The position numbers were made by a program, and so were the translations under genes. A stretch of 62,470 bases of DNA, the filler included, from Sphacelaria rigidula (lineage: Eukaryota), in assembly GCA_964200075.2 (NCBI GenBank). It is 5 parts of 5 records of this genome, joined end to end, with 100 filler letters (N's around TTAATTAATTAA, not from the genome) between each part and the next. Parts side by side here need not be neighbours in the genome. Positions count along the whole stretch, not along the records: positions 1 to 12,416 come from CAXNAA020003800.1; positions 12,517 to 24,931 come from CAXNAA020003801.1; 3 more parts are not named here. One strand, given 5' to 3'. Shown piece by piece: positions 1 to 12,730 of the stretch (positions within the stretch are counted from its first letter, which is position 1; every line of letters begins with the position of its first letter). The notes beneath the pieces are model-generated. The model was given only the letters and a program-made list of their open reading frames with translations, ran no database searches and was not told where the DNA came from.

Positions 1-1164
1 CTTTCCTACCCTGAATAATCTTACTTCGTGTGTACACATAGTCTACGCAACTACGATTTGGTTTAAATCCTGCTTGTGCCTCGCTGATTTTGTCTTCCTT
101 TTCTAGCATCGTTCCTACTCTATCGTTCAGAATCTTACAGAACGTTTTCCCTACCGTGCTCAGTAGCGTTATTGGGGGGGGGGGGGAACAAAAAGGGAAA
201 TTAACGTAGACAGACCTAAACGAAGGTTACCCATGCGGCCGAGGAGAGCAGGATGGAGACAACAGAACGTGTAGCCAGATGTGAACCGGACTGGATGTAT
301 AAGGCGAAGGTGGCGGGAATTCACCATCCCTACCGTGTCTATATTTTTCTCGATAATTCCTTCATTCCATTGTACCCTTCCCCCACTGTGGGGTGTTGTT
401 ATTTGATGTTCTCGTTGTGTCTAGTGTACTCCTTCATATGGCTGTCCCTCAAATGGCTGCGTACGGCGGGGGCGTACCTGGCCGGTGAAAACCCGACATG
501 GAATATTGCAGCATGACAGGAATGTGGGATACCGTGCTTCTGTCTTGAAACTGAGTATACCAGTAACACGTACACCTTAGTTTTTGAGAGCCTTCGCGCA
601 TGTGTAGGGTGAGGAAAGGGCAAGCCAGGCGTAACCTCGGCGGGAAATACACCCCGGCCTAGTAGAGGTACAAAGATAGAGTCATGCGATTTTCATAGCT
701 GCGGTTAGCGACCTTTGGTTCTTGACTTTGGTTCTGTTTCAGCTTGGCTTCCTGTGTCGAGTAGGAGCATTGGGCTCTGTCCCCGGCAATCCGTATGGTC
801 GCCTGCGGCAACGGATCTTATGGGCTTAGTTTCATTTTTTCTTCCTATATCGCGTCTGTGTTACTTATTCGGGGTCTCGATTTACTTTTTATTTGATTTT
901 GGTATACATTATTTAGGATTTATGCTATACGGTAGGGGTTGCACATTGGGACTCAGATCTTTCTCATTCAGAGACTCCTCAACTTAGGAGCTACACAAGA
1001 ATATGGGTCAGGGCATCCCAATTTTTAAATACCCCCAGCCCACCGGAATGCTAATCGTTGCGGGCCTTCACACATTTTATCCTTCGTTTCTTGGATGGGA
1101 TAGAGGGCTCCTAACAGTCCGAATCGCAGACAAAAATTGTGCACCCCTCTTGGGTAGTTAGCCG

Positions 1165-1270
1165 GTGACCACGGAAGGCGTCCGCATCAGATGCCCAGTA
1201 CGGAAGTAAGAAGTACTGCGCAGATATTGGAATGGTTTTTAATGTGAAGATATCAACAACAACAACAACA
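1165..1270 (+). repeat. Retroposon-like 3' end with (CAA)n tail
   Basis: GTGACCACGGAAGGCGTCCGCATCA..TTTTAATGTGAAGA plus (ACA)n; repeated at 15256-15375. Confidence 0.6.
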
Positions 1271-1837
1271 GTCGCATATGCCGTGACATTAACGCAGTGT
1301 AAAATGCAGCACGATCGACGGACCAGTGGAACAAAAGAAGGTTTCCTATTTGCCGATGTGCCGTATCAGACCCTGGAACCCATTGCTGTTTTTTTAATGA
1401 AATGTTTTATATAATAGCGCGTTTGTGCTGGTTATTGTCGATGGATAAAATTGGACACACTTCATCCGCTGCGTGGTGTGATTGGACAAACCTCACCCGA
1501 GCTCTCCAGGGGGGACATTTCCCCTGCACCCGCCGCGTGTGCTCCTGGATTCCTCTTCCGTCTTCCATCATAAAATGGGTGTCGTCGGCCTCTTCTGCTT
1601 CCATCCTTTCCTTTGTCAGAGCTTCTCATAATAAGGGGCGTTTGGCCCGGGGACAGGAGGGGAGGGTTCCAAAAGGGTTGATAAGTTCAACCCCATTCTC
1701 GAGGAGACTTTTTCAAGAAACACGGGATTTTTTAAATCGAAGATGATTTTTTTCGAGGATGAACCTTGTTGAAAACCTATATGAGCATCGAAATATAATT
1801 TTGAAAAAACAGTGCACATGACCACGCTTTCGTGATA

Positions 1838-3045
1838 TTGAGAGTAGAGGATGTGATTGAGAGGGAGAAGCGATCAATCAATGAATTAATAGTTTCGGGT
1901 TCCGAAATGCCCCTTCACGAGGCCCGATACGCTTTCTGTTGTAGCTTGCCACTGAAGCCCGTATTGATATCTCTGAGTAGGATATCGACGTGTAGCCGTA
2001 ATGAGCACACGCCAGTGTTACGGGCAAAGAAAAGCACACACAGAACGAAACGGCCAACTTAAAGCGAATGATGAAACCCACTCTCTGTCAACACGCTCTA
2101 CCCTCAATCTCACCGAAACGTTGTAAAATGCACGCCCCGGCCGTGATGTGTGGCTTCGCTCGCCCTCTGAAGAATAATCCATCCACAATTTGCGAATTCC
2201 GTACCGGAAAATCTCGACCTCCGATCATCCCCCCCGATACAAGAACTATGGTCAATGGTCAGACGACTAAGGCAAGCAACAAATGAGTACGCCCCCTTAC
2301 AAGAACTGTTCTTATTTGCAAAAAAATCCCCTGTGGCACGGTATTTATTATTTATAGATTCCCTACGAGCTGGACCAGCAGTAATTCCCACATTATTTGC
2401 ATGTCACACCATAACTCATCAACTTTACAAACTCAGCCCGACTTGAGTATATCGGTGTGACCTGCAGACCAACCTGGTAACGCACGGCACCGCCGCTGAA
2501 TGTGAAAAAAAATGAAAAAAAAATGTGCTGCATAATGTATGAACTTACCGACGGAACAAAAAAGAAATCCGTCGGGATTCGAGCTCGTGACCTCCATGAC
2601 TAGAGTCTCCGGTATCACTTGAATTAAATGGGCGCAGCGGTGCCACACAAAAATTTGGATGCTCCGCCAAACTTTTGGAACTTTCAACCGAAATTGCATC
2701 AGGATCTCCTCCACACAATGACCCACAACTACACCAGGAATGCCCCCGTAACTCGTGAAATTGAGAGTAGAAGATACGTTTGAAAGTGAAAAGCGGTCAA
2801 TTGATGAGTGCATTTCAGTTCCGAAATGCCCCTCCACGAGGCCCGATATGCTTTCTGTAGTAGATTGCCACCACTGAGGGCCTGTGATATCCCTGAGTAG
2901 GATATCGACGTGTAGCTGTAAGCACACGCCGGTGATGGAGACGAAGAACAGCACACTCGAAATGAAAAAAATGGCTAAGTTAGAGCGAATGATCAAAACC
3001 ACTCTCAATCAGAGCTCTATACTCTCAATCTCACGAAAACGCTGT
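1838..3045 (+). repeat. Diverged ~285-bp direct repeat pair (1838-2123 and 2761-3045)
   Basis: Shared TTCCGAAATGCCCCT..ACGAGGCCCGATA and CTGAGTAGGATATCGACGTGTAGC. Confidence 0.8.
2248..2291 (+). mobile_element. Poly-C-ended insertion, short copy with TSD
   Basis: TGGTCAATGG..GAGTACG flanked by CCCCCCGATACAAGAACT and CCCCCTTACAAGAACT. Confidence 0.75.
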
Positions 3046-4587
3046 TCCGTGGAAAACACAGTCTCGTGGCCAGCTTCGTCTGCAACACGCAAAAAATGTG
3101 TTGAAAAAGTTTTTCTCGATCCACCGCGGGTAAAAAGGGGGGAAGGGGGGGGCGGGGGCAGCAGGGGATCCGGATCTTTTTTTCTTATTATACCCCGCAA
3201 AATTCATATTCTGATTCCAAAAACGAATGGAAAAAAATGAAACAAGCGAAATAGAAGTGAGGATGAAGTGCGAATGAAGTGAAGGGGCGCAGGAATTTCA
3301 TATTTTGGCGGGAACCACAAAATGTACAACACATGTAGTTTCCCAGTACAGGTGTCAGTTAGGATCGGTGAAATGAAGCCCTTGAACCGCGAGCACAACC
3401 CACATGTTGAATCGGCATCAATTTCACTCGAAAAATTATGTGTGACCCGGATCGGCTACCCTCGCATCAAATTGTCAGTAGAAAGTACGTGATAAAAAGA
3501 ATTGTACGTACAAGTACGTACAAGTATGAAAATATTACACCGGAATCATACCACAAACACCAAGAAAAGGTTGACGCCAGGCTCTCATTCAGTACTCACA
3601 ACCACAAAAAGTGCGGTGCAAGCATTGGTATTGTTGAATTCCTCGGGGATCATTAGGTCATGTGCGAAATCAATTAGCCATTCGATCAACTACATGAGAC
3701 ATAAACATGCACATTACACTTGTGGAGCAGTCAGTGTGCGAGGACGCAGTTCAGCACACAATACACTACAGTGGCGGTAGTAGTGTAGACCACCTATGCT
3801 TTGTGTGCAGTTCTGCCTGTACATAAACAAGCGCAAACGTAGCACTTCGTTGCATTGCCAAGGCCTAATATGGTACAGGATGAGCACCCCCAGCCCGCTT
3901 ACACAAGACGACAGTTCACTGTTGTACTACGATGTCCAGATCTTCACATGGAGGGTGTCTCCAACTAGCGCGTACATACCGTGAGGTGTCAAATGACTCA
4001 TAGACTGCTGCACCCGAATCTCAGATTCTTACTATGTCTGTCTGTACAGTACTTGCACTGTCTGTGAACTGTGAACAGGTTGAACATGCGGCACAACCCT
4101 TGCCTCTTGGGCTTTTGATTGACCAACAGACGACACACAGACGTACCTCCGTAGGTTCCATGATTCTGTATGGTAGAGACTTCGCCTTATTTTCTCCCAT
4201 CCGCAAGCCACCAACGCGCCGTTTTTGTCTGGCGCTCCTCACAGCTGAAGGGCTTCATCAGCGATTCCGACCTTAGGGTGACTGCCACAGACGACGGTAG
4301 GAGAGCACCAACAAAGAAGAACTACGCAGAATATTGCCACTATTGATCGCAATCTCATACCGGTGAAAGTCACCGGTTAGACGGGCGGCTGGCCGTGTGC
4401 GTGTCTCCCGAAGCGTTCTCACGTATAGCGCTCTCCGAATTCGTGCCACGGACGTTGGAAGCGCTTCTCCCAGCGTTCAGAGAGAATCGAACCGCACCGT
4501 CACAGCTACCGCTAGCTGCTACTATTCCTCGGTCTACGAATACTGTAGGTAGCTCATAGCAGCTTGCATCGACTGTGGCTGTGACTC

Positions 4588-4932
4588 ATGTCCAAAGTAA
4601 CCATACTCAGAGGGAGCTCGCGTGCGGCGGCGGCGGCCGCCGCGGCCGTGGCCGAAGGTACAATTGCCAAGATGAGCATCGAAGGGCGATCGTCATCCTT
4701 GGTGCGGGCTGCTCCGGGGCGGTTTTTCTCGGCTCAAGCTCCGCTTGGGCTGCCGTTGGGCACACCGAACGGGGGGGGCAGTAATTACTGGTATAAGTGC
4801 CTAGCGGCGGTAGCTGTGCCGGTGGGGGTTGCTGTGGTACTGGGTTCGGCGAGCTTTGCTGAGGAACGACAACAGAGTCAGCAGCGCCAACAGATGAGAA
4901 GCGATGACCTAGAGCCACCGACGATAGAAGAT
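4588..4932 (+). CDS. Ser/Thr protein kinase (CAMK-like), exon 1: N-terminal extension with presequence-like and hydrophobic segments
   Basis: ATG 4588, 115 codons ending PPTIED, then donor GTAAGT at 4933; phase 0 joins cleanly to exon 2 (FYILDSG). Confidence 0.75.
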
Positions 4933-7600
4933 GTAAGTTTCAGTGTATGGCTGAAAAGGATTTAAAAAATGTGTTCCGATTGAGGGCGAATCTTTTCAAG
5001 CGACGTACATCGTCCCACCATTCGAATGAGCCACCGCACCACAACAAACGTTAGTACAAGTATAGAGGTGATGTACGCCGTCTTGTGCGAGGGTTGTAGG
5101 TCTTTCCCTTTAATGTGTGGGGATATCTCTGGTGTGTTTTTTCATTCAAAACCTGAAATCCATGGCTGACGACGATAAACAAAAGCCAACTGCCACAGGG
5201 TCATACCGGAGTCGTTGTCGATTCGCCGGACGGTAGCGTACCATCGGTTGGATATTACTCGGGCAGTGCAGTGTACATCTGACCGAGGACGAGTCCAGTG
5301 TATTGACCGTTGACATTCAACACAACAACACAGCGGAGTGTTGTACAGACGATCACTGCGTTTCAGGATTGTATACCGTTGTACCGTACCGTCTGTACTG
5401 ACTGCGAGGAACCAGCAACGATGAAACTCAAATTTCGTAAAGGTTGTGTAACTCGTACAGTAGTAGCGATAATAATAAAATCAATCAAGGGTGGGGGGCA
5501 GCGATGGACAGCGCGACCGACTGGCACGGTCAGGGCATTTGGCGGGAAGTGGCCGGGAAGTTAATTGCATACACACCCTTGGTATCCAGTTCATGTAGGC
5601 ACGACGAGCGTATTCACCTCATGATTGACCAGTATGCGTACACGAGGTGGCGAAAAAACGTATAGGAATGGACCCGAAAACGAGAAACGGGTGGCTTTTT
5701 TCAGCTCGCCCCATGTCTGCGCCAGCTCGTTTCGTTTCTATCGAAAGTGACATCTCCATTACACACTGTTACGGTAATGTGTCAAGTGTCGCCCTAATCA
5801 TACTCTCAACCTACGGAGGATATTACTGTATACGTTCGTTTTCCAGGCGCTGGGTACGACTGCCCTGTACTCCTGTCCAGCTTCTCCCTTTCGCCCACCT
5901 GGTTGTCTGTTGAGCTTTGGCGAAGAGCATCTCAGCTCTCGGCACAGTGTAGTACCAACAACACAGGCAGACGATACGCATCTTATTTTGAGTGCCGTAG
6001 AAGATGTTTTGTCTAGAGAGAGCTCGGGGGAAACAGTATGCGCATCAAGAATAAAAATGATGTTGCCGTGCCTCGAGCAGCAGACGCGTCGCATACGTAG
6101 TTGACGTTTTGTTGACAATGTCCTTTACTCATGTTTCGGTGGCTTGTATGTGAAACAATCACTGATTAGTGTGTCGGAAGTCAGCCCCAAAACAGTGCAC
6201 GTATCTAACCATCACCATGACACCAAGATGCTCTCTGTGTCTCCGTCCGGTATGAAAGTGATGGGCGGATGATTCATTATTCCCGTCGTAGCCACCGGGA
6301 CCACGAACGTGCTCAAAATTCAAATTGCCGACACGCCAACAGCACGGTTTACTTCAACAAGTACTAGTTTTCTGTTCCCTCGGGTGTTATTTAGACACAG
6401 ACGAAGGGGCGACGTACGATAGATCCCTTGTTCTTCGTCACGCCCAAGTACATTTGCTGAGCCATGGTGCTGTTCTAGCACTGCCAATGCTGTTCGGAGA
6501 GCGGTATCGTCAACAAGGCGCAGCAGGCTGGGGCTGAACCTTGAGCCTTGCAGTTGGCAGCCGCTCACAAGTGCAAGTACGTATCGAGTAAGCACCACAA
6601 AATGCCGCACAGCACTGACGAGTGACTATGCGTCGAGAAGATCGCAGTTGGGCCGCACATTCAACCACTTTGAACCTTTCAGCCCCTCAAGGTCCTCCGT
6701 CTCACATGTCTCATCACATGGCTTCTGACATCAAGATTGATGACCCCGTCTGGTCGCGAGACTTACGCTGAGATTGTATTAAACTGTTGCCGCTACAGTG
6801 TGTTTGATGTGCTTCATACTTCACGTTGTATACGTCACTACAGCTAAGAGTACGTGGATAAATGCTGTCGGTATGCACGTCTACAGAACGTGTCTGGCGT
6901 ATCTTCAAGTTTGGCCGAAATTCATACAACAATCTCCTCTGTACTGCTGTATTTAGATGCCCGGCGGGGAGTCTCTCCAGTCCAAATAAAGCACACGTAC
7001 TGCACAGTACATGCACTGCGGTACGGTGCCGACTTGATGCGCTTTACGGTCCCTACTGCACTGCTGTACCGCAAGCACTCCACGTGCCAGAGCCAAGCAC
7101 CAAAGTACGGTTGTTGTGCACAAAACGCTCGTGACATGAGTGCTTGTCTGCTGCAGATTTCTCCTCGTCGGTAGGATCACGAAGTTCAACTTTCTGCGCT
7201 GTATCGATCCGTATCGATATCGACCAGTTCTGACGGTGCTCTTCTACTGACTGTGCTTTGGTAAGGCCCCCTACCCTAGCTTGACTGTTTCAGCGCCCGC
7301 GGCCTGCTGCGGCTCCTGACAGTCCCGTAGATGGCGGTGGTGTAGTAGACAAGGAAGACCCTAGCAGGCCGCTGCTCTAAAACGATCTTGCGTACCTTCC
7401 GTATATCAAAAAGATCGCAGCAACGTGCGTACGCTATTGCCATTCTCCAAAAACAACTGGCGGGACTCGAATCGCATGAGTAGGCCGGGGGGCGCTAGAA
7501 GCGTTAACCCTTCAACCGCCAGAGTTTGTCATGGTATCTGTTCAGTCGGCATCGTTTAATACAATCGCCCACCCTTGAGGTCACAACGCTAAACCCTTTA

Positions 7601-7641
7601 GGTGTACTCATGATCATGCATGCCATAGTCATGGGACCATT
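7601..7641 (-). mobile_element. Poly-C-ended insertion, short copy
   Basis: GGTGTACTCATGATCATGCATGCCATAGTCA is the reverse complement of the family 3' end. Confidence 0.65.
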
Positions 7642-8034
7642 GGGGGGGAAATGATGGCCACTCTATGAATGACCCGCCGTGGCGGTCAACGGGTTAACTC
7701 GAACCCTGACGCAAATCCAAGGCAGGCCGAAAACCCTTGGTCACAGTGTGTGCTGACTATTGCAGAGCTTCAGATAGGCGCTAACTTGGGCCGAAAGTCG
7801 TGCTGTGCGCACTGGACTCGCGCTCGGAAGTGTCAATTCCCTGAAGACATGAATCTGATGGTCGAGGCTGAAATCAACTTTGTTTTACACTTGGGAAATA
7901 GGTCAAGGGTTCACGTAAATGCAGGTGAATGTCCATTTCTGTATGGCAGATCATGTGATGGGAGGATAGGCGTTTCTGCTCGTAAATTTGGGTCGATATT
8001 AACCATGCATACCATCCCTCATCCTGCGTTGCAG

Positions 8035-8226
8035 TTTTATATTCTGGATAGTGGCACACTTGGGAGGGGGCAGTTCGGCACGGTCTGCCCGGCCGTAGAT
8101 CGCGCCACAGGGGAGGTGGTGGCGGTCAAGTGCGTGCCTCGTTGCAAGCAAACAGAGGAACATGTGGCGGAGGAGATTGAGGCACATCGACAGGCCGGCA
8201 AGCACCCCAACATCGTCGGTCTCAAG
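8035..8226 (+). CDS. Ser/Thr protein kinase, exon 2 (subdomains I-IV)
   Basis: Acceptor TTGCAG|TTT; LGRGQFGTV Gly loop, VAVK, alphaC Glu (EEIEAH), HPNIVGLK; GT at 8227, phase 0. Confidence 0.93.
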
Positions 8227-8830
8227 GTTTGTTGCTTGCTGGCGTTGTACTCTGCTGCATCGTGGTCCGACTTGTGTTGATGGGAATTGGCAGCTCACAG
8301 TCGGAGTTTAACGGTGACGTTGCGCGGGTTGGTCGTCTGCGGTGCAGGGTCTGTCATCGATCGCCAGTTTGCTGTTCACTCCCGTATTTTCTGGACTGAA
8401 ACCGGGTCCGACTGGGGCGTTGAAAGTGTAGGATTATGCGTTCACTCGTTCGCCGCCTCCTGGATCATGACCGAGAGGGGCAGCAGAAATCGAGTACCGT
8501 AATGCTTGCCCTCTGTATTACCAATAAGAGCTGCATCTGGCATTAGTCAGCACGGGAACGCTCGAGAGTGCTATGGTACAGTATGCAGCGATCCCGCCTC
8601 CCCTGAGCGCGTTGCTATTTCCCGACTTTTTTTGCCATGCTTTCATGCGTTCACGATATGTTTGTTGTCGCAACGCCGTCGAGGAACCGGACAAATTGAG
8701 TGCGCAAAGACGGCTGATGTTAGCAACTGCTGTGTTAAAATACTGTTTTGTCCTGCGCCACGCGTGTGTGTGGTTGGGTGGGTGTTTCTGTGGGTATTTT
8801 GACTCGTTCATGCGTGAATAATGAACACAG

Positions 8831-9454
8831 GGCGTGTTCGCGGCGGAGGACTGCTGGTACATTGTGATGGAGTTCGCCAGTGGAGGTGAGCTGTACGAAC
8901 ACCTTACCTCGAACGCAGAGCTCGAACAATGGGAGGCACGCGATCTACTCCGGGAGATCGCGGAGGCTGTAGCCCACCTTCATTCTCGCGGCGTCGTGCA
9001 CGGTGACCTCAAGCCCGAGAACTTGCTCCTGAGGGAGCCTCCAGAGGTGAAGAGAAGGCATGGGGTAGGGGCAGGGGCGGACAAGTTCGATGGCGATGGC
9101 GCTGGGCCGGAAGAAACACATGATGCTTGTGTCGCCGCGGGTTCCTTGTCCGTGGGGTCGACGTATCGCGGAACGGGAGGAGGGCTTGATGGGGCGATGG
9201 GGGGAGGGGGGGGCGAGGTGGCTGCGAGGACTGGGACAAGTGGGAGCGTGTTGCTGGCGGATTTTGGGTCGAGTTTTATGATCAACAATGGTGGGGAGGG
9301 GGGCGCGAACGGCGGGGTTGGAGACGGGGTGCAGGGGGGGCCGAGGGCTGCGAAGGAGTACACGGTGGCATATTCTGCGCCTGAGGTGGTTTGCGAAGGG
9401 TCGATGGATCAAAGTGCGGATGTGTGGTCTCTCGGGGTCATTGCTTACGTCATG
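8831..9454 (+). CDS. Ser/Thr protein kinase, exon 3 (subdomains V-IX)
   Basis: Acceptor ACACAG|GGC; YIVMEFASGGELY, VHGDLKPENLLL, LADFG, YSAPE, DVWSLGVIAY; donor GTGAGT at 9455. Confidence 0.95.
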
Positions 9455-9662
9455 GTGAGTATTGAGTTCTGATGTACGGATTGCGGCACGCCGTCGGAGG
9501 GCGGGGCGGGGAGGATTATGTAGATTTCAAAATGAAGTTGTCATCCATGCTTTTTCTTCTGCGAGACGACATGGACAGTTCGAGAACAGTTTCAGTACAC
9601 AGCGCATTGACATCTCTGCGGACACTATTTTTCCCTTACAGACGCTGCTGTGATCACACCAA

Positions 9663-9744
9663 TGCTCCGTCTCGAAAGGGATGCGTGGTCAATGGTCAAA
9701 CGACTAAGGCAAGCAACAAATGAGTACGCGCCCCCCCCCCCCCC
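9663..9744 (+). mobile_element. Poly-C-ended insertion in kinase intron 3
   Basis: GGGATGCGTGGTCAATGGTCAAACGACTAAGGCAAGCAACAAATGAGTACGCG followed by a long C-run. Confidence 0.75.
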
Positions 9745-10031
9745 TCACGAGACTGTCCTTTGAACCACAACCCTTTGGTCTGTAAAGGGGGTTGTATATG
9801 ATATATGTTTTTCAAGGGCTGAAACACACTACCCCTCTACAACAGTGTTCTACTGCGTGGTCCGCTCTACCCTCGCAGAGTAACCGCATTTTTCACCACG
9901 CCGTCCCCAGCAAAAACACCTCCACAGTCGGCACACGTGCCAACATCGCCCCGGATACCGCCCAAACACCGTCAACATCGTCGTAACTTGGTACTTTGCC
10001 GTCTGTTCGGTCGAATTTCCTACGAGTACAG

Positions 10032-10250
10032 GTGAAGGGGCGTCATCCGTTCGATCCCAACAGCGAAGCCGATGAGGACGAGATTGTGGACAACGTGGTG
10101 AACTCCGAGCCTGACTGGACAGGGCTGGATCCGCAAGCCGCCGATCTCATCCGCAAAATGCTCTCGAGGAACCCCAACGACCGTCCTTCGGCTCGCGAGG
10201 TCCGTGACAGCTCGTGGCTTCAAGTCACGGAGCGGCCCCATTCGTGCTGA
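10032..10250 (+). CDS. Ser/Thr protein kinase, exon 4 (subdomains X-XI, stop)
   Basis: Acceptor GTACAG|GTG; GRHPF, ADLIRKMLSRNPNDRPSA, TGA. Spliced total 115+64+208+72 = 459 aa. Confidence 0.92.
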   Translation: MKGRHPFDPNSEADEDEIVDNVVNSEPDWTGLDPQAADLIRKMLSRNPNDRPSAREVRDSSWLQVTERPHSC

Positions 10251-12416
10251 TGCCCTGTCGACAGATCGTTGGTACCTGAAAAATGACGCCGAAATTTTGA
10301 TGTGATGGTGTTGTGCGAGAGGGAGAAAGGTGGAGGTGTGTGTTCCCAGTAGACGATTTCGGACCGGGGTAGATGGGTTCATTTTTTTTGGCATATTCGC
10401 GCGGGGCGGTTATATCTTGAGGGACAAGGGGGGTGCTTTTTTTATGCATCGTGCGAGCCTATGGGAGCGATTGCGCATTAATTGGCCTTTTTTGCCGCCT
10501 CGTGCACGTAATCAGCAGTTGTCGATTCTGGCTTGACTGGCAAAGAACCAAAGGTTCCGCGAAACTGAGGGCATGGGGCATGCTCATCCGTTCAAGATAA
10601 GACTCGGAATACTCACGGGAAATATTTTTCACGATCCGCCAAGGAGTGTTGTTGGGGTATGTTGTGTGTCACTCATGCGGTGTCGCAAACACACATACGG
10701 TGTTAGCCAGTGTGGTTTTAGAGGACACCCCAGGGTTGGGGCAGTGGTAGAATAGTATAGTGAAGTAACGGTTTGGCATCCGTGTTGGTGTCTCGCGCTT
10801 CACCTAGCAAAAACAGAGAAGACAGCGCCAGTCATTGAGCACGCTCATGGTGGTGTGGACCACAATGTCCACCACAATGGTGCACCAAAGAACACAAATT
10901 TGATCAGCGGAGTGACCACGGAGGACCCGCACTTGAGTGCTGCTGCTGGGCGATGAATGCCTTACTGTTTATTCACGTGAGGGATGGAGAGAAGAAGGGA
11001 CTACGGGGGGAAAATACCCCCCAAGAGCTTGGAATGCAACTGGTGTTACAGGAATGTGGGACTAGAACAGAACACGGGGTGCAACACACCGGTAGGTGCA
11101 ACGCACCGATGGCTTCACGTAGAGAGACACATTTTTGCTCGGTGTCGTGGTGTTGGAAGAGGGAGCTTTAGGTAGTCGTATACGATTTCGAATTATTGGA
11201 GAGGTGGGAGTGCGCGAGAGAGGAGCGATTGAAGGTAAACCTTTTCTTGTTTTCCTGTTTTTTTCACCCCCGTGAGGGTCTTGATATCTCAAACGGAGGA
11301 CGCATTGGGCGCTCGCTCAATGGTTTGCCGGAGGAACTGCAAGTGGGATCCCGGTTTGTTTCCGGCAGCTGGAGTACACGTAGGCGAGAAGCTTGCTGCT
11401 ACCACGGGAGTTGGAAACAAGTGGGAGGAGAGAGAGGAAAAGAGACTATGCAGGGATGGAGAGCATGAAACAACTAACATCTGATATATGTTTTTGGAGT
11501 TGGGCGATGGTTTTGGGCTCTAGCGCCGTACGAATTTACAAACGGAAAACTGAGCTTGGACGAAAAAATGGACTTGGGGGGGGGGGGAAATACTTGAATT
11601 GTTGACAAGATGAGCGGATGCAGGTTGCGTGACTTCCGTGGTGTGTGTGTGTGTGTCGTGTGCATTTGTGTCCGATTGTGCCGTATGCCGTGTGTACCTG
11701 TGTGTATCGTAGTCGTGTATCTGTGCTTCGTGCAACTCAGTTGTACTGTAGAGGGTTTGTGGGCGTCTGTCTTGTGCGTGTGCTTAGAGTGTCGTTGAGT
11801 GTTTTGACCCCCAAGAGATTGTTTTCGGGGGTTATTGTGGATGTTTCTTCACGCGAGTGTTTGCTGTTGTGTGTCGAGTTCGGCCGGGTGTCGCCCGGCG
11901 ATGAAATACGATATCGATTGTGTGTGCGGGGGGGGGGGGGTGATCCGAGGGAGTTCTCGTGGCGGCAATTCGTGTGCAAGCCGATTATTGTACGTTTATC
12001 GTGTGTATTCGAATGCGTGTATGATGTTTGGAGGGCTACTATTATATGCCACACGATTTTGTCGTACGCTGTGGACTAATTTTATATGTTTAGTTGCAGG
12101 GCTGTCTGTGCCTGCCACTTTTTTAGCGTGATTCAACGTCATTTTTTTTCTCGGTGTCTCCACTTGGTGTAGAGATGAAAGATAGACCGGACAAGCAAAA
12201 ATAATGTGATTCAATTTGATTAACATGCATCACGATCTTGTGTGCACACCGAACATGTATTGCTCCGTGTGTTCTCATCGTTCTTGTGTGTTGGGATTTC
12301 CCCTAAATATATGATGCCTCTCATTGGCATTATTGCCACCCCCCAATCGCGGTTCCCCCCCCCCCGCCGCCCCCGCCCCACCCACCCCCCCCCCACGACA
12401 AAACCCACACGACCAC

Positions 12417-12516
12417 NNNNNNNNNNNNNNNNNNNNNNNNNNNNNNNNNNNNNNNNNNNNTTAATTAATTAANNNNNNNNNNNNNNNNNNNNNNNNNNNN
12501 NNNNNNNNNNNNNNNN
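12417..12516. other. Assembly gap with artificial TTAATTAATTAA linker (also 24932-25031, 37446-37545, 49959-50058)
   Basis: Identical N44-linker-N44 structure of exactly 100 bp at four places. Confidence 0.95.
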
Positions 12517-12678
12517 ATGCGAGATCAATGGTCTGATGACTATGGCATGCATGATCATGAGTACACCCCCCGCCCCCCCCTCCCCCCCGGCGTGCTTCGT
12601 CCCGGCTGTGTAGGGATGCGAGGTCGATGGTCCTATGGCTACGGCATGCATGATGATCAATGCAACCCCCCCCCCCCC
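12517..12678 (+). mobile_element. Two tandem poly-C-ended insertions upstream of the PP1 exon
   Basis: Two successive family 3' ends, each followed by a C-run. Confidence 0.75.
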
Positions 12679-12730
12679 ATCCATAAATGCTCAACCATTC
12701 TCCTCTCCGGTGTTCTTCTCCGCTGAAAAG

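Noticed and set aside
7669-8034. ORF-track N-terminal extension of the kinase (likewise 44654-44871 for SAC1)
   Set aside because: Intronic read-through upstream of clear acceptors.
12461-12472. TTAATTAATTAA motif recurring four times
   Set aside because: It is centred in exact 100-bp N blocks, so it is an artificial scaffold linker with stops in all frames.
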